Assembly: GCA_035528115.1 (NCBI GenBank)
Contig: DATKZF010000003.1
Coordinates: 86,699-150,698 of the forward strand
Reading direction: 5' to 3'
DNA: 64,000 nucleotides
DNA from: Candidatus Bipolaricaulota bacterium
GTDB lineage: Bacteria; Patescibacteriota; Patescibacteriia; UBA11705; DATKZF01
Part shown: in pieces, positions 1-9,014 of the stretch
Numbering within the stretch: the stretch's first letter is position 1
How the letters are laid out: each line of letters opens with the position of its first letter
Notes under the pieces: model-generated
What the model saw: only the letters and a program-made list of their open reading frames with translations
Database searches by the model: none
What the model was told of the DNA's origin: nothing
Made by a program: the position numbers and the translations under genes

Positions 1-1
1 A

Positions 2-1672
2 TTGAAACGTCTCTTGGATCAAATCAATGGCGGCCGGAGACTGTCGCAACAAAATCTGGATGGCCGAATTTTGCAAAATGGCTTTGCCTTGAGTGGAGAC
101 CAAAAAGTCGTTAACGTCTTGCGTGATGGTGGTCACGCCCAAATAATATTTTCGACAGCGCTTAACCAGCGCGTAAATAAAATCCGCGGAATCTTTTCTC
201 TGCATCAGCCACCAAGCTTCGTCAATCACCAATATTCTTCGTTTCAATTCCGAACGAACCGTATTCCAAATGTAATTAACGATATTGTAAATGGCCATCG
301 GCCGAAGTTCGTCTTCCAAATCTCTGACGGAATACACGATCAATTGATTTCTGACATCCACATTGGTCGGGGAATTAAACAGTCCGGAAAACGTGCCGGC
401 CGTGTATTTTTTCAACCGAGCGCCCAAATCGGCGCCGCCTTCCATGCCTTCGAAAATATCTTGCAAATCCTGCATGGTCGGGGCTTCAACCTGCTTGCTC
501 AGATCGCTTTCCGGCGTAATGTCCTTTTTAGCGTAAGTTTGCAACAACGCCTGGTCGACCAAGGAGTCTTCTTGATATGTGAGATCACCCAGCATTAGCC
601 TGATCAAACCTTTCAGCGTGATAACCGCGCCCCTGATGATATCTTCGGCGGACGTCATCTCACCGATTGCTCGAGGCAAATCGAACGGATTGATTTTGCT
701 CTCCGAAGCCAGGGAAATATTGACGTATGTGCCGCCGACCGCGTCGCTCAAATGCTTATATTCTCTTTCAGGATCGATAATCATAACATCCGTGCCGAGC
801 ATCAACGTCCTTAACACTTCCAATTTTATGGCGTAACTTTTGCCCGAACCGGAAGTGGCGAAAACCACCGCGTTGGCGTTTTGCAAAGAAAATCGATCAA
901 AAATTATCAAACTGTTATTATGCCTGTTTATGCCGAACAAAACGCCCTGATCGGAAGTCAATTCCGCGGAAATAAAAGGAAACGACGAAGCGATCGGCGA
1001 AGAATTCAAATTAGCGGTGATCATCAGCTCGTCATTGCCGAGCGGCATGGTGGAAATGAACCCTTGCTCGGCTTGATACAAAACTCTTTTGGTATAAACC
1101 AACGTGGAACCGAAAACGTCTTCGATCGTCGCGGTCAAATCATCAAGCCCTTTTTCCGTGTCCGCGTATAAAGTGGTATAAAGCGCGAATTGGAAAAACT
1201 TTTCCACGCCTTGAGTAATGTCGTCTCGTAATTTTTCAATATCAAGCAAAGCCGTTTCTCTCATCGGATCTCGGGGAGCGCCTTTTTCCGCGTCCGCGGA
1301 GAGCTGGGCTCTTAAAATGCCCACTTTGTTTCTTAATTGCTTTAAAACGATTTCCGATTTCATCGGGTAAAAAAACATACTGATGTCGAGCGTGGAATTG
1401 TGATTTATAATGGGAGCGAACCAACCGATGCTGATGTATCGGGGATATGTTAAAATAAACAACGTTCGAGCGAACATGCCGCCGATTCTGACGTGATCGG
1501 GTTTTACTTCCATGGCCGACGGAGCGATGATATCCAAAATCGACACAACACCGCGCTGATACGACTGTTGCTCCTCTATCATCTTCTTGGTCTTCTCGGC
1601 CTTCATTGCTTCCTGACTAATTTCGGGCGGCAACTTTTTTTCCGTCTTTTCGACGCCGATTGGTTTAATCAT
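2..1672 (-). CDS. virB4: VirB4/TraC-like type IV secretion ATPase (3' end runs off the window start)
   Basis: Absent from the ORF track because there is no stop in the window. Hand translation from ATG 1672 gives MIKPIGVEK...DIIAPSAMEV...YPRYISIGWFAPIIN, then Walker A in NANAVVFATSGSGKSY and MIIDPEREY near 770-880. Follows prgI-like genes. Confidence 0.85.
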   Translation of the reverse strand, partial: MIKPIGVEKTEKKLPPEISQEAMKAEKTKKMIEEQQSYQRGVVSILDIIAPSAMEVKPDHVRIGGMFARTLFILTYPRYISIGWFAPIINHNSTLDISMFFYPMKSEIVLKQLRNKVGILRAQLSADAEKGAPRDPMRETALLDIEKLRDDITQGVEKFFQFALYTTLYADTEKGLDDLTATIEDVFGSTLVYTKRVLYQAEQGFISTMPLGNDELMITANLNSSPIASSFPFISAELTSDQGVLFGINRHNNSLIIFDRFSLQNANAVVFATSGSGKSYAIKLEVLRTLMLGTDVMIIDPEREYKHLSDAVGGTYVNISLASESKINPFDLPRAIGEMTSAEDIIRGAVITLKGLIRLMLGDLTYQEDSLVDQALLQTYAKKDITPESDLSKQVEAPTMQDLQDIFEGMEGGADLGARLKKYTAGTFSGLFNSPTNVDVRNQLIVYSVRDLEDELRPMAIYNIVNYIWNTVRSELKRRILVIDEAWWLMQRKDSADFIYALVKRCRKYYLGVTTITQDVNDFLVSTQGKAILQNSAIQILLRQSPAAIDLIQETFQ

Positions 1673-1673
1673 A

Positions 1674-2384
1674 TTATAAATTTTCTATTCTTAATTTGTT
1701 CACGTCCGTCAGCTGTTGCTGTTCGGATATTTTCGGATTGAAAACATTATAATACAGCTCGATCAGACTTTGCGTGTCCATGCGCACTGATTTTAATCCC
1801 ATGCTGTTCAAATTACCCGAAATATTATTGACGCGTTGATTCAATTCCTTGACCATTGATTCGAATTTTTCTTTTTTAATTTTAATTACCGTGCCCGGGG
1901 TGAAAAGCTCGGAAATTTTGGTAAAAAAACCTTTGGGTTTGCCGGTATCGGCAAACGGGCTGAAAGGTATGACCAGAAAAAACTTTTTGCTCATGATATC
2001 GCCCAAATCCACCAATTCGCTGACAAAACTGGTATAATTGTCTATTTGTTTTTTCAACAGCTCATTGGTCACTTCCTTGCTTCGTTCTTTGAGCTGATTC
2101 AAATAATGTTCAATATTCAATTTTCTGGACTGCACCACGATTTGGATGGGAAAATCCAGATAATTCAAAAACTGAACGTAAGCCGAGACTATGGCGTCCT
2201 GTTCTTCTTCGGATTTCAAAGCGAAATTCACGCTTGAGACGAAAAGCACGGCTCGCAAAGTTCCGTCTTTTAATATCACCGTATCGTTTCTGATCTCGGA
2301 AATATCCAAAAAAAGCTGGGTCGACTGCCCCGTTGTTTTTTTCGTCAATTTATCGCTCTGCATTTCAGGCCTTTTTGACGCCAT
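1674..2384 (-). CDS. T4SS-associated protein, TraC/VirB4 N-terminal-like
   Basis: STQLFLDISEIRNDTVILKDGTLRAVL..SSVNFALKSEEEQDAI...FLNYLDFPIQIVVQSR. This type is typically found between PrgI and VirB4 in CPR genomes. Confidence 0.7.
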   Translation of the reverse strand: MASKRPEMQSDKLTKKTTGQSTQLFLDISEIRNDTVILKDGTLRAVLFVSSVNFALKSEEEQDAIVSAYVQFLNYLDFPIQIVVQSRKLNIEHYLNQLKERSKEVTNELLKKQIDNYTSFVSELVDLGDIMSKKFFLVIPFSPFADTGKPKGFFTKISELFTPGTVIKIKKEKFESMVKELNQRVNNISGNLNSMGLKSVRMDTQSLIELYYNVFNPKISEQQQLTDVNKLRIENL

Positions 2385-2413
2385 AAATTTCGATATTGAT
2401 TAATTAAAACGAT

Positions 2414-2911
2414 TTATCCTTCCAACTTTTTTTGCGATTTTATTTGCTCGGCCGCGTCGGATACCACCAGCGGTTTTTCCATGTCGCCGGCGAACATGCC
2501 GCCGGTATTGACAATCAACGACAAATCCGAAAGTCTGGAACCGGTAATAGGAGCTTTGGCGGCCGCGGGTTTGGGCTCTTCTTTCACGTCAGAGACAAAA
2601 ATTTCTTTCATCGCTCTAAGGCGCGCCTCCCGATTCCACACTCTCAGCCTCGGCCGGATCATTGTTTGCAAAAAATTCAACAGAAAATAATGGATCGGCC
2701 GGCCGTTGATTTTGACAAAGGCCAAAGCCCCGAAAATTGCCATGACGAGCACGCCACCGACTATCAAAGTCAATAAATTGCCGAATTGATAAAGCAAAAA
2801 AACGAACAACACGCCAACCAGAAGCAACACGAATTGCCGCACCGTGATCGGCCCGATGATTTTGTCTTCAACATCAATGAATTGCGGCACCAAAAATTTC
2901 TGCAAGGCCAT
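2414..2911 (-). CDS. prgI: PrgI family (VirB3-like) membrane protein
   Basis: FLVPQFIDVEDKIIGPITVRQF, two TM helices, then FVKINGRP. Confidence 0.8.
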   Translation of the reverse strand: MALQKFLVPQFIDVEDKIIGPITVRQFVLLLVGVLFVFLLYQFGNLLTLIVGGVLVMAIFGALAFVKINGRPIHYFLLNFLQTMIRPRLRVWNREARLRAMKEIFVSDVKEEPKPAAAKAPITGSRLSDLSLIVNTGGMFAGDMEKPLVVSDAAEQIKSQKKLEG

Positions 2912-2925
2912 AATAATTCTATACT

Positions 2926-3903
2926 CTAATATTGCAATTTGGAATTAAGCTCCAAAATGGCTTGGAATTCGTCTTGGGACAAAGTCTCTTTCCCCTCTCC
3001 CGCTTTCAGCGCGATTATTTCCGCCACCGGCTTATTTTCTTTAATGCTTTCAAAAGCCAAATTCGTGTAAAGCTGATATACCGGCGATCTTTGCCAAGCA
3101 ATGATCGCTTCATACTTTTTCTGAGCGGATTCTTCGCCCAGTAAATTCACTTTTTCCATTATCTCATTGACAATCTCATCCTTACTTGAACCGAGCCTCC
3201 TCAAGTTCACCAAATCCATGGTTCTCATCTCGTCAAGGGGACCCATGATGGCCGGCGTTACTTCGGTCATGACCGGCCTTGAGTCATCAAGTCCGCTTAA
3301 ATTTTTCCGACCCGCTTCTCTGGCCGGCGAAGCTGGGGTCGGCAAAGTAACTTTTTCCGTTTCGATCAACAAGAATTCACCGCGCATTATCGCCAAACGT
3401 TTTTTCTCTATTTCAGGCAAGGCTTTTTGTATTTCGCTTAAAATCATTTCAGCTTTTTGTTCGTCCAGTCCGAGGCCTCCGGATTCTCTCGCGGAAGTCA
3501 AAACATATTTTATTTCCAAATCTTTTCTGACGCGACGAAAACGCGTAATGATTAATTTAATCAATTTATCTTTGTCCGAGACTGCCACCTCCAAGCCGGA
3601 ATTCCCAATAATTTTTTCGGCTGATTGCGTCAAAACTTTTTCCTCAATCGAGCGTTTCTCCGGCGGCAATTCCTCCAGTTTTTCCGGCGCCGCCTCCGGC
3701 TCCGGCTTTTTCGGCGCTTCTTTTTTTTGCGGCAATTTCACCAATTTCTCAGCTTCAGCCGGGCTTAAAAACCGCTTGGCCTCATCATATGAGTAATATC
3801 TGCCGCTGTAATAATAGAGAAACTTGCCCTTTTCGTCTTTAACCAAAACAAAATCCTCCGCGTTTGGCTGCCCGCCGTTTATATTTTTTTTCACATTGAC
3901 CAT
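2926..3903 (-). CDS. Hypothetical protein in the T4SS-like operon; carries a 12-aa palindrome-derived insert
   Basis: 325-aa ORF overlapping the upstream gene's stop. Lys/Glu/Pro-rich linker and a C-terminal MGPLDEMRTMDLVNLRRL...AWQRSPVYQLY domain. Confidence 0.7.
   Translation of the reverse strand: MVNVKKNINGGQPNAEDFVLVKDEKGKFLYYYSGRYYSYDEAKRFLSPAEAEKLVKLPQKKEAPKKPEPEAAPEKLEELPPEKRSIEEKVLTQSAEKIIGNSGLEVAVSDKDKLIKLIITRFRRVRKDLEIKYVLTSARESGGLGLDEQKAEMILSEIQKALPEIEKKRLAIMRGEFLLIETEKVTLPTPASPAREAGRKNLSGLDDSRPVMTEVTPAIMGPLDEMRTMDLVNLRRLGSSKDEIVNEIMEKVNLLGEESAQKKYEAIIAWQRSPVYQLYTNLAFESIKENKPVAEIIALKAGEGKETLSQDEFQAILELNSKLQY
3307..3342. repeat. 36-bp GC-rich imperfect palindrome in frame within the CDS (PTPASPAREAGR)
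   Basis: CCGACCC-GCTTC-TCTGGCCGGC-GAAGC-T-GGGGTCGG spans exactly 12 codons. Confidence 0.6.
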
Positions 3904-5363
3904 TTGAATTTTTTCTCCTTCAAATCGTAAAAAGCCAGCTGACTGTATTTTTCCATGCCACGCTTCATATAAATGGAATTCAAATGCGAAGCGACACGGG
4001 CGGACTCCTCAACGGTCAATTCCAACCGCTCCTGTAAAATATATTTCAACAAATAAACGACAAATTGCGGCTCGGTCGGATTGATTGCGAACCCGCCGGT
4101 CAGATTGGCTTTGCCGATTCTATTCAAATAACTGGTCAAATAATCACGATACCTGATGTCTTGTTTTAACAGATCCAAAAAACCTTGTTTTTCCACCAAC
4201 AGCATCAAGGCCGCGATCGTTTTTTCCTTGTCCTTTTTCAAAAATCCCACTTCCAGTTCGTCCGCTATTTTTTTCACGTCATTGCCAACTCTTTTACTGA
4301 GAGCTTCTTTGGCCGCTTCCGCTCTGGCCTGCTCCTCGCGACTGCCCAGATACAAATCGAAAATGTCTCTTGGGGGAGCCTGCGGCTCTTCATTTTTCTC
4401 CGATTCTTTCAATATTTTTCTCATTTCAACAAAATCTTCTTCGGTGAACGGAAAAATGGAAATATCTCCCAAATTCATTTTTTGCGCGTCAGTCAAAAAA
4501 TTCCTGATCGAAACATACGTGTCCAGCAATCGATCCAGCAAAGAAGCTTCTTCCCTATCCAATTTGACGGCGTTCTTGCTGTTCGATATATATTCGGCTT
4601 TTCTGATGGTCGAAACCGGCCCTTCGACGCCTGCTGATGAAATGAAATCCTTCAACCAATTGCCCACGCTGGGGGCGATCTGCTGGCCGGACACCTCGAT
4701 TTGTTCTTTGGTTAAAATTTCAGTGTTATTGATCAATTTTTGCAAAATATCATGTTGAAAATCCGGGTTGCCCGCAAAAAGCAAAACAATGACCATGTTC
4801 AAATCGGATTTAACGCGAAAATCTCCGTATTTGAGAATATCAACCACTTGCTCGTCGAAAATCTTGCCCATGTTTCTCATTTCGGTTTCAGGATCTTTCA
4901 TGACCAGTTCAGCGCTTTTAGCCGAGGCGGCAACCACGGGTTCGGCCAGCGGCGGGGCGACAAAAGCTTTTTCTTTCGCTTCCTTGGCTCCGGCGTCTTC
5001 GAGTTCCAATTCCGATTTGAATCTGGCCATGGCCGCTTGGTAATCGGCCGTGTTGCCGCCGAGCGTGGCAATGTACTTTGACGCCTGCGCTTGAAAATAT
5101 TTATCCAAGACTAAAAAATTTCTGCCCGTTATTTCCAAAGCCAATTGTTCGGCCTTCTTTAAATCGATTTTCAATCTTTTTTTCAGCTCTTTGTCCAAAT
5201 CGATCAATTGAATGGTTTTTGACAAAACATCCTTGACCGTTTGCGACAAATCCAAAATTTGACGGCCGTTCAAATTAAAATCATAAGCGATATCAACGGT
5301 GCTCTCCGCCAAATACGCCGAATGAAAAATTTTATTCGCCAAATTGTCTTTTATATCCGCCAT
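3891..5363 (-). CDS. Hypothetical helical protein in the T4SS-like operon
   Basis: 490-aa ORF starting 2 bp after the VirB6-like gene's stop, with host-like codon usage. Confidence 0.7.
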   Translation of the reverse strand: MADIKDNLANKIFHSAYLAESTVDIAYDFNLNGRQILDLSQTVKDVLSKTIQLIDLDKELKKRLKIDLKKAEQLALEITGRNFLVLDKYFQAQASKYIATLGGNTADYQAAMARFKSELELEDAGAKEAKEKAFVAPPLAEPVVAASAKSAELVMKDPETEMRNMGKIFDEQVVDILKYGDFRVKSDLNMVIVLLFAGNPDFQHDILQKLINNTEILTKEQIEVSGQQIAPSVGNWLKDFISSAGVEGPVSTIRKAEYISNSKNAVKLDREEASLLDRLLDTYVSIRNFLTDAQKMNLGDISIFPFTEEDFVEMRKILKESEKNEEPQAPPRDIFDLYLGSREEQARAEAAKEALSKRVGNDVKKIADELEVGFLKKDKEKTIAALMLLVEKQGFLDLLKQDIRYRDYLTSYLNRIGKANLTGGFAINPTEPQFVVYLLKYILQERLELTVEESARVASHLNSIYMKRGMEKYSQLAFYDLKEKKFKWSM

Positions 5364-5365
5364 AA

Positions 5366-8107
5366 TTATAATTTTTGAGTCTTAACTTCATTCATGGCTC
5401 GCTTCAATTCATCGACTTCGTTTTGTATCTTTTGCCGCTCGCCGATCATGGCCTTGGCCAGCCTGCTTTCGGCTCCGGACAATTCCGCCTCCAGCTGTTG
5501 GCCGACTTTTTTCACGCCAGCGGATTTGTATTGATTGATGATGTTTTGAACGTTGGAAGAAAAAGAATTCAAATCAATCTGTTCGGGTTCGGGTGCCGCT
5601 TTAGGCGACCAGTTGCCCACCGCCGTTTTAATCGCTTCTTTATCGGCTTTATCCAACAAATCCATAATATCGCTGATGCCGGCGATCGTCGATATATCTT
5701 TTTGAGCCGCCTCTTGCTCCGCTCCGGTACTCTTGTTGGCGACATTTAATTTGCCTTTAACCAATTCAACGGCCAAAGGTTTATTTTCATCCATGATATT
5801 TTTAATTTTTCCATGATCCACCGTCTTAGATAATTCTTCTAAAATCTTTTGCTTTTGGCCCTCGACATCTCCACCAGGTCCCGCTGACAATGTCGCCATG
5901 CGATTGATATCGCCCATGGTTTGTTTTTTAAGCTCGCTTGCCGGTCTCTTGCCCATAAACTCCGCGTAAGCTTTCGGATCCGTATAAACCTCTTGAGGTT
6001 TGCCGGTCATCTTGGCCGTCACATTTTGCCAATCGGCTTTGGTTCCATCTCTCCACAAAGTCGCTTCCTCTTGAGATGTTCTCTGTGTTTCCGGTTTATT
6101 TTTAATGGCCTCCGTCTCCGGCGACAAAGTCATTCCGGCGGAATTGGTCACCGCTGACATGCCTTTCATCAATGACGATCGATGCAGGCCGCCTTTTTCG
6201 TAAACTTTCTTCAACCCTTTATCCGCGTCGTCCTTATAATACTGTCTTAAAAGTTTAATATTTTCTCCGTCTTCATAAAAAGAGCTGTCCTGATCGAGTA
6301 AATTAACCTCGCCTTTGCCCGCAGCCTTAAGCACATCCTCTTGGCCCTTGGGAGTGGAAAAGTCATATTTGAAATTGGCGAATTTCTTTTTAGTCTGCTC
6401 GCCCAAAATACCTCCGAAAGCTCTGCGGCTGGCGATCTTGGAACCGTCCAAGGCTTTTTGCAGGGCGCGCAATGCTTCTTTCTGCTGATCGGTTTTTACC
6501 TCTCCTTTTTCAAGCGCATAAGCGGCATGAGCCACTCGGTCTTCCAGATTCAAGGCCGTATTGCCGATTTGATTGGCCGACTGCTCCGGCTTGCCTTTGG
6601 CTTTTAAGCCGGAAACCATCTCATTGACTTTCTTTTTTCTGACCTCAATATTGGCGGCCATGGCCTTATTGTCAGCTCTCCTGACATCGGACATGAATTT
6701 GGATCCTCCAAGCAAAGCTCCCATGCCGGCCAGGCCTCCGGCCGCAGTGGCTTTAAGGATGCCTCCGCCGCCAGCTTTGACTTCATGCATTCTCTGCGAC
6801 ATTTTTCTGGCGCCCTCCACACTGCCTCTGAGAACTCTAAATGGAGTTTTCGCCATAGACCAAGCTCCGGCGCCGGCCACCTTGGCTCCGCGGCTGAGCG
6901 CTCGGCCGACCGCCGCTCCGGTTTCGGTTTTGCCAATCAGCTTGCCGGCTCCGCCCACGGTCCTGCCCACGGTTCTGCCCGCTGAAACATAAGTGCGTTT
7001 GGATATAGCGCCTTTCAAAGCTCTGCCGGCTTTACCGGCCACGAACCCGCCGACCGAACCGCCCATTTTTTGCGTGGCCATAATCGAGCCGTAAAGCATG
7101 GCCGCGGCCACGGCGAATTGCGCCAAGTTATCTATTTTGCCGCCCTTGGAAACAGTATTCGGTCCCAATGTATCTCCGGTCGGAGATTTACTCTGAGCTG
7201 ATTTTCCGATATCCTCAATGCCATTGGGAGTGCCGGGTTCTTCAAAACCCGTCTGCATCATCAAAAGCGATAACCATAAAAAGAAAGCCAGTATAGGTCC
7301 CATGGCCACCCATTTGCCGAAAGTCGACCACCATTGCTTGGCCATGCCGGCCGTAAACGGCAAAAGAGAACCCACAAAAGCGAACGGCGATAATACCACC
7401 AAAATCCATAAAGTCACGATACGAGCCACCAAGGTCACCAAAATCATAAGGCTGACAATCATAGTGACAAACAACAATATGGTCGCCAAGGCCAAAGCCA
7501 AAACAATATCCCACATATCCAGAGTACCTCCTTCCGGCACGCCGGATGGGTCAATCGACATCCAGGAATCCAATTTCAAACCATTGATGAGATTGGCTCC
7601 GGCTGAAGCTTTGTAACCGTTAACGAAAGTGAGCATGACCACCTGGCCCATATCAATGAGCAGGCCGCAAATCATTTTGCTGAAATTGATCAAAACCGCG
7701 GCAATGATCACTTTGGGCAATAAGGCTTTGATCGAATATTTTTCCACTTTTAAAATCGTTGCAAAAGCGATAATCAGTAAAATAATCACGAAAAACATGT
7801 TGCAAATGTCTCGAATAATCACCCAACCGTTGGTGACGGCCGGATTATCCAAAAACGCGTTGTATGTGCTGATATCCACCACCAATGAAAAAATCATCAT
7901 GGCTATTTTACCGAAAAGAAATGACAAACCAAGAAAAATATAGGCTAAAATATATGAAAATAAATCTCCGATGGCTCCGGCTCTGGCGACCTGGAAATAC
8001 CCCAGTCCTAAAATCAAAAATAAAATAACCAGCACGCTCAAGACGCGAGTTCTTTTCAGCTTCAACAGCCGATATATCGTTGACAGCGATAATTTTATTT
8101 TTGCCAT
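5366..8107 (-). CDS. VirB6/TrbL-like polytopic membrane protein with long soluble C-terminus
   Basis: GWVIIRDICNMFFVIILLIIAFATILK...LPKVIIAAVLINFSKMICGLLID...RIVTLWILVVLSPFAF...WWSTF, followed by a Gly/Ala-rich and a charged tail. Confidence 0.75.
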   Translation of the reverse strand: MAKIKLSLSTIYRLLKLKRTRVLSVLVILFLILGLGYFQVARAGAIGDLFSYILAYIFLGLSFLFGKIAMMIFSLVVDISTYNAFLDNPAVTNGWVIIRDICNMFFVIILLIIAFATILKVEKYSIKALLPKVIIAAVLINFSKMICGLLIDMGQVVMLTFVNGYKASAGANLINGLKLDSWMSIDPSGVPEGGTLDMWDIVLALALATILLFVTMIVSLMILVTLVARIVTLWILVVLSPFAFVGSLLPFTAGMAKQWWSTFGKWVAMGPILAFFLWLSLLMMQTGFEEPGTPNGIEDIGKSAQSKSPTGDTLGPNTVSKGGKIDNLAQFAVAAAMLYGSIMATQKMGGSVGGFVAGKAGRALKGAISKRTYVSAGRTVGRTVGGAGKLIGKTETGAAVGRALSRGAKVAGAGAWSMAKTPFRVLRGSVEGARKMSQRMHEVKAGGGGILKATAAGGLAGMGALLGGSKFMSDVRRADNKAMAANIEVRKKKVNEMVSGLKAKGKPEQSANQIGNTALNLEDRVAHAAYALEKGEVKTDQQKEALRALQKALDGSKIASRRAFGGILGEQTKKKFANFKYDFSTPKGQEDVLKAAGKGEVNLLDQDSSFYEDGENIKLLRQYYKDDADKGLKKVYEKGGLHRSSLMKGMSAVTNSAGMTLSPETEAIKNKPETQRTSQEEATLWRDGTKADWQNVTAKMTGKPQEVYTDPKAYAEFMGKRPASELKKQTMGDINRMATLSAGPGGDVEGQKQKILEELSKTVDHGKIKNIMDENKPLAVELVKGKLNVANKSTGAEQEAAQKDISTIAGISDIMDLLDKADKEAIKTAVGNWSPKAAPEPEQIDLNSFSSNVQNIINQYKSAGVKKVGQQLEAELSGAESRLAKAMIGERQKIQNEVDELKRAMNEVKTQKL

Positions 8108-8243
8108 TATTGCCAGATTTTTTTTAAATCTTAATAAAATCTAGGCGCCACGCTAGTTATTTAAATTATAACATAAAAACTGCTCGCTCCCAAGTGGTTT
8201 TTTGGAGTTATCAACACGGTTAAAAAAACTGATAAACAATATA

Positions 8244-8368
<125 letters not shown>

Positions 8369-8381
8369 CTAATTTGCGCGA

Positions 8382-8831
8382 TCATGAAATATACTGATTA
8401 ATCGATTGCTCATCCAAAAACGCATACGGCCACGCAAAATATTTATCTGACAACCCCGCCACGCCCGGGTTATTACCCAAATATCTAACGCTTCGATAAA
8501 TAGCATCTTCATCTTCCAATAATCCGTGATAGAATCCTTTTTGCCAAAATTTTATATTCCAATTACATTGCTCACGAATCCTTTTATAAAAACAGGCTTT
8601 TACCCGTTGCATAAACGTCGATACGTTTGATAATCTTGTTTGCATTACAATATGCAAATGGTTTGGCATAATTTGAAAACAAAATATGTTGCATTTCAAT
8701 TCTTTCCCCTTTTCAACTATCACGTTCGCCAATGCGTTCGCAATATGAATATTTTTAAAATATTGACGCCTATCTTTTGTATTTGTCGTTAATAAATAAG
8801 GAACATCTACGTATATTCTTTTTTGCGTCAT
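8382..8831 (-). mobile_element. REP-associated tyrosine transposase (RAYT/TnpA-REP, Y1 HUH), copy 1, apparently intact
   Basis: IMPNHLH (HUH), FWQKGFY, and RYLGNNP with the catalytic Tyr. AT-rich and flanked by hairpin repeats. Start placed at MTQKRIY. Confidence 0.85.
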
Positions 8832-8848
8832 ATTTTCAATTTTCAATC

Positions 8849-9013
8849 AGAGCGGAGAGTCAAGCTCTCCGCTTGGATTGGAAATAAGCACCCACCCTCA
8901 CCAGCGGAGAGACCTGCCTGCCGGCAGGCAGGTCTCTCCGCTCCGCTGAGGTTGATCAAAAAAATAATATATATCCTCACCAGCGGAAAGCTCGCCTTTC
9001 CGCTCTGCTGGGC
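8849..9013 (+). repeat. REP-like composite repeat, right flank of RAYT1, plus an extra hairpin copy
   Basis: Direct repeat of 8244-8368. The loop of its second hairpin holds CCTGCCTGCCGGCAGGCAGG. A further copy at 8975-9013 has the plain CTCG loop. Confidence 0.85.
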
Positions 9014-9014
9014 T

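Noticed and set aside
2-1741. Plus-strand ORFs here, and the many short antisense ORFs across the window
   Set aside because: They are shadows of well-supported minus-strand genes and have no recognisable motifs.
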